Below, one piece after another: positions 7,619-14,093 of a DNA stretch of 14,093 bases (positions within the stretch are counted from its first letter, which is position 1; each line of letters begins with the position of its first letter). A model generated the notes under the pieces. It was not told the origin of the DNA. It ran no database searches and saw only the letters and a program-made list of their open reading frames with translations. The position numbers and the translations under genes are program-made. The DNA comes from a bacterium. GTDB lineage: Bacteria > Fidelibacterota > Marinisomatia > Marinisomatales > UBA1611. The stretch covers positions 23,987 to 38,079 of the forward strand of contig JAYPIC010000013.1 of NCBI GenBank assembly GCA_038127595.1. Direction: 5' to 3'.

Positions 7619-8056
7619 TTACTGTTTAATTAGCTGAAGATCAAGAATACAATTAAGCTTTGCTGCAATCAGTTCGAGCCTCGTTGGATTTCCAATGTAC
7701 TCAATAGCGATATCAGATATTGAAGTCGTTTGTCCGTTAATTTGAATATTAAATATTTCAGCATTGTTAGAATTATATAATTTTAAAAATGTTGAATCAG
7801 AACTTATTGAAGAAAAATCTTTTACAACCAGAGACGTAAATAATGTGTCTTCATTTCCAGATTCAAATTCTAACTCCCAAATGTAATTTTCTGTTAAATC
7901 CTCGGCATTTAAGCTTAAAGAAAAATAATCTACCTCATTAACAATAGCTGGAATATTTAAGAGAAGTCCATCATCATAATCAGGCGGCTCCACACACCCA
8001 GAAATCAAAATTATAAATGAAATTAAATGAAATTTTATTAACATATTAATTTTCAT
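7619..8056 (-). CDS. Small hypothetical lipoprotein
   Basis: Hydrophobic N-terminus ending ISG|C; acidic beta-rich mature part. The start is either ATG 8056 (overlapping rmuC) or ATG 8044 (1 nt after the rmuC stop). Confidence 0.72.
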   Translation of the reverse strand: MKINMLIKFHLISFIILISGCVEPPDYDDGLLLNIPAIVNEVDYFSLSLNAEDLTENYIWELEFESGNEDTLFTSLVVKDFSSISSDSTFLKLYNSNNAEIFNIQINGQTTSISDIAIEYIGNPTRLELIAAKLNCILDLQLIKQ

Positions 8057-9140
8057 CTGTTCTAATCACCTTATCATTACTTCCTAATTGCAGTTCATTT
8101 ATTTTATCCATTGGTTTTTCAAGTTCCCTTAACCTAGGACCTCTTAATTCTTCATAATGATTTGTAAGCGCACCAATTGATTTATTCATAGCATTTATTT
8201 TTGATTTAAACTGCTCCCATTGTTTTCTAAAAACACCTACTAACTCTTGCATCTCTCCTGCTTTCTGCTCCATAGCAAAATTCGAAACAGCCTGCCTAAC
8301 TAAAGATAATATCGCATACAAAGTAATAGGCGAGCAAAGAATGATTTTTCTTTCTAATGAAAAATCAATGAGTCTGTCATCTTCTCGGTTTAAAAAAGAA
8401 TAGATGCTTTCATTTGGTATAAAAAGCAAAACATAGTCAACCGTTCCACCTTTTGGATCAATGTAAGAACGATCTGAAACTTCTTTAATCCTATTCCGAA
8501 CATCTTTAATAAAAGCTTTTTTTTCTAGCTCTTTTTCTGACTCAGATTCTGCATTAACGTAATTCTCATAATGATTGAGTGGGAATTTGACATCCATATT
8601 TATAACTTTGTCATCAGGAAGGAAAAAAGTAAAATCGGGTCTAGAACTATCTTGTTGAGTTTGCTGCTTAAAATTTATACCCTCGGTTAAACCAATGAAA
8701 TTTAAGATATCCTCAACCATCCTTTCACCCCATTGACCTCTAGCCTGGTTGCTGGATAAAATTTGTCTCAACCGCAAGGTAGTGTCCGATAAATCTCCAA
8801 CAGTTTTTCGAGATTCTTCCATTTGAGACTTCAATGCTACCGTATTTTCAGATAAGCTTTTTAATCGTTCTTTCATTTCTTTTAAGGAACTATCGATAAG
8901 TTCTTTTTTCTTATCTAATTGATCTTCGGAATTATCGAGAAGAGATGAAAATTTATTTTCAGCGAGCTCCAAAAAGCTTTTTTGATTATTTAACAATGCC
9001 TCATTGGATAAATCGCTAAAATTCTTTTTTAATTCTTCCTGATTTTGTTTAAATGAATCGAACTCTTTTTGACGTACAAACCATATGATTATTGAACCAA
9101 GTAAAAAACCAACTAAAAAAATAATAAATTCAAGAATCAT
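8046..9140 (-). CDS. rmuC: DNA recombination protein RmuC family
   Basis: N-terminal TM helix, long coiled coil, then RGQWGE, RPD, DVKFP, FIPNE and SPITL motifs and a C-terminal coiled coil. Confidence 0.92.
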   Translation of the reverse strand: MILEFIIFLVGFLLGSIIIWFVRQKEFDSFKQNQEELKKNFSDLSNEALLNNQKSFLELAENKFSSLLDNSEDQLDKKKELIDSSLKEMKERLKSLSENTVALKSQMEESRKTVGDLSDTTLRLRQILSSNQARGQWGERMVEDILNFIGLTEGINFKQQTQQDSSRPDFTFFLPDDKVINMDVKFPLNHYENYVNAESESEKELEKKAFIKDVRNRIKEVSDRSYIDPKGGTVDYVLLFIPNESIYSFLNREDDRLIDFSLERKIILCSPITLYAILSLVRQAVSNFAMEQKAGEMQELVGVFRKQWEQFKSKINAMNKSIGALTNHYEELRGPRLRELEKPMDKINELQLGSNDKVIRTDEN

Positions 9141-9147
9141 TATTTTT

Positions 9148-10470
9148 TCATAGAGTCAGCGCAAAAGAATCTGCTAATATTCCGGGGCAAGTTGTACCAC
9201 CAATTTCACGATTCCCATATGTACTAGTATTTGGAATAAATTCAGTTTTATTACCAACCTCAAGGAGATTATCACCAAAATAATTATAAAATGAATCGTC
9301 AAAACGCATTGTATTAATTGGACCGACAATCTCACTATTTTCAACCCAAAAACAAGCATACCTTGTTAAGCCAGTAATTCTACCATTCGGATTATCGCTC
9401 CAGTTAAGATAATGGATGTTTGAAAGGTACAGCCCTTTATCAATTTGTTTTAGAACATCACTTTGATCAAGCGATCCAGGCTTCATAAATGGAGACCTAA
9501 GATATTCGCCTGACTCAGCAAAGTTACTCGTTCTATTGTATTCATTGGCTGTCCTAGAACTAATTAGTGTATTTTTCAATTCACCAAAGGATATAATCTT
9601 TAGCTCTTCAGCAGAAACCTCACCATCTGAATTAAATTTTGGTACTAATCCTGATGAGAAATCCTCAGAAATTGAAAACTTCGATGATAATCTAACATTA
9701 TCGTTTCTCATTTTCCCAAATCCACTACAACCCTGTTGAATGCTTGCTTCACTGATTCCATTCCAAGAGAACATACTTAAAAAATCAGAAACTGCTGCTG
9801 GCTCAAACCATGTCTTATAATTACCAGTTTTTACCTTTACAGGAGAAAGTTCCATAAGTTCAAGTTTCTTTTTAGATTGTTTTAAATAACCCTCATATTC
9901 ATTTTGATCCCAGTCTGTACCTGCAAATGTACCTTTAACCATCTGATGGTTCGTTGCAACTAATGAGTAATCTAATGAAAAAGACTCAGTTTCAAACCAA
10001 TGCTCCTGCCCTAAAGAATTTGAATTACCTCTATACATTTTACCATTAGATAAAATTCCTACAAAATCTACTCCTTGAATAGCTGGTAAAATTGCATCAA
10101 CAGCGTCTTCAAAGTTTAAACCATTAGATTTTTTTATCTCCCTGCTTGAGCCAGAACCCTTAGGTATGATCAGGTATGGGTCTTCTAATATTTGCGTAGA
10201 TTCCAATCGCATTCTTTCAATCTCTAACCCTGCTCTCTTTGCATCAACATCATCATTTCCAGAAAGCGTAAAACTTCCAGTGCATGTTCTACCATTCGCA
10301 ATCATTTTCATATGAATATCAGCATCATTGACCAAACCAGTTTGTCTTATTTTTGCATTATTAAGTCGTATGAATTGGCTCTCTTCTCCAGTAAAAGACA
10401 ATGTTAACAGTTCATCTTTCTTTAAATAAGAGTATATAACTTTCGAGATATTTTTAAATTTATTTTCCAT
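9148..10470 (-). CDS. TldE/PmbA-like non-catalytic subunit of the TldD/E metalloprotease (start corrected to 10470, 440 aa)
   Basis: EESQFIRLNNAKIRQTG N-terminus and LYLSNIHYLNWSD..ITGLTR..FWVEN C-terminus; no HExxxH. ATG 10470 lies 1 nt after the tldD stop with a GGAGGAG SD, so the ORF-track 43-aa extension is unlikely. Confidence 0.88.
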   Translation of the reverse strand: MENKFKNISKVIYSYLKKDELLTLSFTGEESQFIRLNNAKIRQTGLVNDADIHMKMIANGRTCTGSFTLSGNDDVDAKRAGLEIERMRLESTQILEDPYLIIPKGSGSSREIKKSNGLNFEDAVDAILPAIQGVDFVGILSNGKMYRGNSNSLGQEHWFETESFSLDYSLVATNHQMVKGTFAGTDWDQNEYEGYLKQSKKKLELMELSPVKVKTGNYKTWFEPAAVSDFLSMFSWNGISEASIQQGCSGFGKMRNDNVRLSSKFSISEDFSSGLVPKFNSDGEVSAEELKIISFGELKNTLISSRTANEYNRTSNFAESGEYLRSPFMKPGSLDQSDVLKQIDKGLYLSNIHYLNWSDNPNGRITGLTRYACFWVENSEIVGPINTMRFDDSFYNYFGDNLLEVGNKTEFIPNTSTYGNREIGGTTCPGILADSFALTL

Positions 10471-10471
10471 G

Positions 10472-11914
10472 TTAAGCTCCTCCAAACACTTGAACATTTT
10501 CAAACAGGCAAAGCGGTGATGCGTGACCAACTCGAATGACTTGATTCGGCTCACCTTTACCACAGTTAGGGGTTCCATAAATACCATTAGTATCACCATT
10601 ACCGACCATTTTTAAACTATTCCAAAATGGATTACTTATACCTCTGTAATTTGGATTTTTTATCGTCTTCGTAAGTTTACCATTCTCAATTAATTTACCA
10701 TACTCACATCCGAATTGAAATTTATTCCTATAGTCATCTATACTCCATGACCGATTGCTTTCTACATATATGCCTTTTTCAACACTACCGATAATATCGT
10801 CAAAAGATGAATCTCCGGGTTCTAAATTTATATTTGCCATGCGGTCAATTGGTGCTCGATTCCATGAGCTTGCTCTAAAATTAGCCACGCCATCTATTCC
10901 GGACCTAACCTGACTTTCTTTACCTCCTAGTCCCCTTACTAAGATGCCCTCTTTAATAAGATACTCTCTTTCAGCTTTAAGACCGCCATCATCATATGCG
11001 TATGAGGCAAACTCAGAAGACACAGTAGGATCGAATGTGACATTCATTAATTTTGATCCATATTGTAACTTGCCAAAATCTTCAAGTTTCACAAAACTCC
11101 AACCAGCATAATTTCTTTCATCACCTAAAATTCTATCTACCTCCAAAGCATGCCCAATACTCTCATGTATTTGAAGCATCATTTGATCAGGAGCGATGAC
11201 AATATCCATCTCACCAGTAGGCGTTTCATCAGCATCGAGCAATTCTAATGCTTGCTCGCCAATCCTATTAGCCTGAGCTAAAATTTCCATCTGATCTAAA
11301 AATTCCATTCCAGCTTGTCTGCATGTCCCACGCATTCCTCCAAATGTTCTCGTTTGCTGATTTTGCCCATCCACTGCTGTTGCAGATAAGTCAAATTCTA
11401 GCATTAAAAAATCTTGCTCAACATTACTACCATTTGAACTTACATAATGAAAATTGGTTTGAATTACATTAGCTAATGAGCTTGCACTAACGATCTTATC
11501 TGAAACTTTTAAATTTTTATATGCATCAAGAAGTAACATGTTTAATTCTTTTGCACTGATACTTCTTAGATCTTTTTCAAATGGAGAAGAATATTTACCA
11601 ATGTTTTTAGGCCGTACTTCATCTGTAAAATGATGTAGTGCATATTTAGAGGCTGCTTTTGCTTGATCATATGCTTTTTTTGCTGCTAATTCTATACCAC
11701 TTTTACTTAAATCAGGAGTTCCAAAATATCCAAATTGTCCATTTACTAAAACTTCAACCATTGCTCCGTGGGTTGAATAGTGACCATTTGATACTGGCAC
11801 TCCATCGCGGATCATACGAGGTGTGTTAGACTCGTATACTTCTCTAAGGCCTACCCAATCAGCAGGTACTGTTACCGCATCTAATAATGATTTAATACTA
11901 ATTTCATTTCTCAT
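10472..11914 (-). CDS. tldD: TldD-family zinc/iron metalloprotease subunit
   Basis: HESIGH (HExxGH) metal-binding motif, YDDGG, PIDRMANINL and the C-terminal CGKGEP Cys ligand; AAAGGA SD at 11926-11921. Confidence 0.93.
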   Translation of the reverse strand: MRNEISIKSLLDAVTVPADWVGLREVYESNTPRMIRDGVPVSNGHYSTHGAMVEVLVNGQFGYFGTPDLSKSGIELAAKKAYDQAKAASKYALHHFTDEVRPKNIGKYSSPFEKDLRSISAKELNMLLLDAYKNLKVSDKIVSASSLANVIQTNFHYVSSNGSNVEQDFLMLEFDLSATAVDGQNQQTRTFGGMRGTCRQAGMEFLDQMEILAQANRIGEQALELLDADETPTGEMDIVIAPDQMMLQIHESIGHALEVDRILGDERNYAGWSFVKLEDFGKLQYGSKLMNVTFDPTVSSEFASYAYDDGGLKAEREYLIKEGILVRGLGGKESQVRSGIDGVANFRASSWNRAPIDRMANINLEPGDSSFDDIIGSVEKGIYVESNRSWSIDDYRNKFQFGCEYGKLIENGKLTKTIKNPNYRGISNPFWNSLKMVGNGDTNGIYGTPNCGKGEPNQVIRVGHASPLCLFENVQVFGGA

Positions 11915-11925
11915 TGTTAATCCTT

Positions 11926-13161
11926 TTATAATTTAATCTTATCAAATTTTTCAGGGTTTTTTTTGAGAGCGTTTGAAACCTTTTCAAATGCATCAACCAC
12001 ATCTTTAAGGTCATCGCTCGAACCTAATAAATGATTTTGTCTTAACCATACGGCTTGCTCTTCAGCAATGATTTCAGTTCCAGAATGAAACAAGTCACCA
12101 TAATTTCTTCCTTCTAACCAAGGATATTCTTTCGGGTTAATCGAAAATAGGGGTTCTTTGTAAAGTGGAGACCATCCCTTGTAAGTAAACACACCTTCTG
12201 CCTGCATTGCTTTAAAAAATAGCTCTCTATTTATATTATTAAATTCTTCTTTTAAGTATCTTACCATGTATAAATGATTTGAAGATCTAGAACCTGGAAT
12301 TAAGTCCATTGGAATAAAACCATCAATAGCTCCTATGTGACTATCTAAATATTCTCTATTTTTCTCACGTAAAATTAAATCATTTTCTACTGATTTTATT
12401 TGAGGAATTAAAATAGCAGCATTTAATGCGCTCATCCTCATGTTACTTCCCAACCTAAAATGCTCATACCACTTGCCATTTCTAACCCGCCCACAATTAT
12501 GATAAGAAAAACAAGCATCTATGAAGGATTCATCGTTGCTTACAATAGCTCCACCTTCACCAGAACTCATATTTTTTGAAGTTTGAAAACTGAAAATTCC
12601 ACCAAGTCCAATTGCACCGACTTTCCTATTATCTACACTAGAGCCATGACCTTGGGCAGCATCTTCTATAATAGGAATGTTATATTTTTTTGATATATCT
12701 AAAAAAGCTTTCATATTAGCAGGAGCACCTGCAGTGTGAACAGGAATGATAGCTTTTGTCTTTTTTGTAATTAATTTTTCAACAGAAGTTGGGTCAAGAT
12801 TAGCAGTCTTTTTGTCTATATCAGCAAAAACAGGTACAGCATTCGCTAAAACAACTGCAGTTGCAGTTGCTATGAAGGTATAAGAAGGTAAAATTACCTC
12901 ATCGCCTGCTTCGATACCCGCAGCTTTCAAACATATCCATATTGCTGAGGTACCTGAGTGAATTGAAAGACAATACTTGGCATCTTGCATATTTGCAAAT
13001 TGTTCATTAAAAAGGGTTATTGTTTTACTACCAACACCCCAATCTTCATTTTCATAAGTGTGAATAAGACTTTGTTTGATTTCCTCGGTTAGCCGCGGCC
13101 AAACTGGGAATGGTTTTTTTCGTACTGGCTCACCACCAAAAATTGCTAAATCTGTTGACAA
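11926..13161 (-). CDS. DegT/DnrJ/EryC1/StrS-family PLP aminotransferase
   Basis: SGTSA, PSYTFIAT, PVFADID, AIIPVH, IEDAAQGHG, FSFQTSKNMSSGEGG (PLP lysine); N-terminal LAIFGGEPVRKKPFPVWP extension; TTG start. Confidence 0.93.
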   Translation of the reverse strand: MSTDLAIFGGEPVRKKPFPVWPRLTEEIKQSLIHTYENEDWGVGSKTITLFNEQFANMQDAKYCLSIHSGTSAIWICLKAAGIEAGDEVILPSYTFIATATAVVLANAVPVFADIDKKTANLDPTSVEKLITKKTKAIIPVHTAGAPANMKAFLDISKKYNIPIIEDAAQGHGSSVDNRKVGAIGLGGIFSFQTSKNMSSGEGGAIVSNDESFIDACFSYHNCGRVRNGKWYEHFRLGSNMRMSALNAAILIPQIKSVENDLILREKNREYLDSHIGAIDGFIPMDLIPGSRSSNHLYMVRYLKEEFNNINRELFFKAMQAEGVFTYKGWSPLYKEPLFSINPKEYPWLEGRNYGDLFHSGTEIIAEEQAVWLRQNHLLGSSDDLKDVVDAFEKVSNALKKNPEKFDKIKL

Positions 13162-13264
13162 CTAAGACTTCTCTTTCAAAATAATGTAAGCAAATTTACT
13201 AACTAGCTTATAGGTCTACAATGATATCAGTATGTAAAAAAGGAATTAAAAAAAATATTTAGTA

Positions 13265-13318
13265 TGTAAATATGACAGCTTTAAAACAATAATAAAATTT
13301 ATAAATGTCATATTGGCA
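13265..13318. promoter_or_regulatory. Two imperfect palindromes TGTCA-N3-TGACA, putative regulator binding sites
   Basis: TGTAA-ATA-TGACA (13265-13277) and TGTCA-TAT-TGGCA (13306-13318), each one mismatch from the perfect palindrome, starts 41 bp apart. Confidence 0.5.
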
Positions 13319-13351
13319 GACTATATGAATTATATGCTACAAAAATTTAAA

Positions 13352-13367
13352 TGGCACACAAATTGGT
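13352..13367 (+). promoter_or_regulatory. Sigma54-like -24/-12 promoter of hsp20
   Basis: TGGCAC-ACAAA-TTGGT versus consensus TGGCAC-N5-TTGCW. Spacing is exact, with one deviation at the -12 C. Confidence 0.5.
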
Positions 13368-13405
13368 AAAGTAAGCAAATCTAAATAACAAAAAAGGAGT
13401 AAAAA

Positions 13406-13843
13406 ATGAACTTAATTAATTGGAAACCAAAAACAGTTTCTTCATATCGCACTTTTCCAAATATTTTTGAAAGAATGGTAGATGATAACTTTTTCTTTGA
13501 TTATGATAATAATGATTTTAGACCATCAGTTGATATAAATGAAAGTAATGACGCTTTCATGATATCAGCGGACTTACCAGGTATAAAAAAATCTGATATT
13601 GAAGTAAAAGTAGAAGAAAATACTCTTATCCTTAGCGCTAGTAGACATTTAGATAAGTCAGATAATAATGAAAAATTCCATTACAACGAGCGCAGGTTTG
13701 GTACCTTTAGCAGGTCATTTAAATTGCCAAAAGCTGTTAAGGAAGAAAAGATAACTGCTAAACTTGACAATGGTGTTTTATCTGTAGTCATTCCAAAAGC
13801 TGAAGATGCAATTAAGAGCAATAGGGTAATTGCTGTAAAATAG
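13406..13843 (+). CDS. Hsp20/alpha-crystallin small heat shock protein
   Basis: PSVDINE, ADLPG, ERRFGTFSRSFKLP, AKLDNGVLSVVIPK and a C-terminal I-x-V; AAGGAG SD at 13394-13399. Confidence 0.96.
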   Translation: MNLINWKPKTVSSYRTFPNIFERMVDDNFFFDYDNNDFRPSVDINESNDAFMISADLPGIKKSDIEVKVEENTLILSASRHLDKSDNNEKFHYNERRFGTFSRSFKLPKAVKEEKITAKLDNGVLSVVIPKAEDAIKSNRVIAVK

Positions 13844-13855
13844 AAGCGAGTAAGT

Positions 13856-13890
13856 ATAATAGAGGGAAGAGTATCTTTTCCCTCTATTAT
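13856..13890. terminator. Probable bidirectional terminator hairpin between convergent genes
   Basis: ATAATAGAGGGAAGAG-TAT-CTTTTCCCTCTATTAT: 16-bp stem (one G-U on the plus strand), starting 12 nt after the hsp20 stop and overlapping the stop of the opposite-strand gene. No classic U-run. Confidence 0.75.
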
Positions 13891-14093
13891 CTAGTATTAT
13901 TATAAAACTCTATTTTTAATTTTTTTGCAGCGGCATTTATTTTGGATATCAAATTATTAGGACCTGAATAAAAAATTCTATATTTATCAGCTGATTTACC
14001 TTTTAATATATTTTTAAACTTATCATACCATATTGGAGAACCAATGTGATTGTGTTTTCCTAAGCCATCTAATAGGTCAATATCGTACTCGTT
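13887..14093 (-). CDS. 3' end of a NOX/ferric-reductase-like protein (NAD(P)H-binding domain C-terminus; truncated by window edge)
   Basis: Frame open from 14093 to TAA at 13889-13887: NEYDIDLLDGLGKHNHIGSPIWYDKFKNILKGKSADKYRIFYSGPNNLISKINAAAKKLKIEFYNNTR*. It follows the NOX pattern DxxTGL-x6-GRPxW-x3-F...VFxCGPxxL. Not in the ORF track. Confidence 0.68.
   Translation of the reverse strand, partial: NEYDIDLLDGLGKHNHIGSPIWYDKFKNILKGKSADKYRIFYSGPNNLISKINAAAKKLKIEFYNNTR

Noticed and set aside
9174..9739. ORFs 9174-9359 (-) and 9536-9739 (+)
   Set aside because: They are nested in the tldE-like gene in another frame or strand, with no independent support.
10471..10599. 43-aa N-terminal extension of the TldE-like ORF
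   Set aside because: It overlaps the conserved tldD C-terminus. ATG 10470 has a strong GGAGGAG SD and gives a typical length.
13246..13311. 21-aa minus-strand ORF (MTFINFIIVLKLSYLHTKYFF) as a TldD/E-processed precursor peptide
   Set aside because: It has no SD and no Gly/Ser/Cys-rich core, it overlaps putative operator sites, and no RiPP-modifying enzymes are nearby.
13313..13380. CIRCE (HrcA) operator upstream of hsp20
   Set aside because: TGGCAC and TTGGCAGAC resemble only a left half-site. There is no GAGTGCTAA-like right arm at 9-nt spacing.

Overview
An AT-rich (roughly 30% GC by eye), very densely packed bacterial chromosomal segment. Its gene style suggests a streamlined FCB-group organism such as Marinimicrobia, which is inference only. 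From left to right: the 3' end of msrA (missed by the ORF track), coupled to an acidic lipoprotein; serC; a four-gene envelope-stress-like operon (ECF sigma, membrane anti-sigma, Spy/CpxP-like protein, lipoprotein) with a likely autoregulated ECF promoter and an ~80-nt RNA hairpin at its 3' end; a UvrD-type helicase fused to a PD-(D/E)XK nuclease with a 4Fe-4S cysteine pattern; a five-gene minus-strand operon (DegT-family aminotransferase, tldD, tldE/pmbA-like, rmuC, lipoprotein); and hsp20 with a sigma54-like promoter and paired upstream palindromes. The window ends in a second gene fragment missed by the ORF track, which resembles the C-terminal NADPH-binding domain of NOX-type NADPH oxidases. 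No mobile elements, CRISPR arrays, tRNAs or rRNAs were seen.
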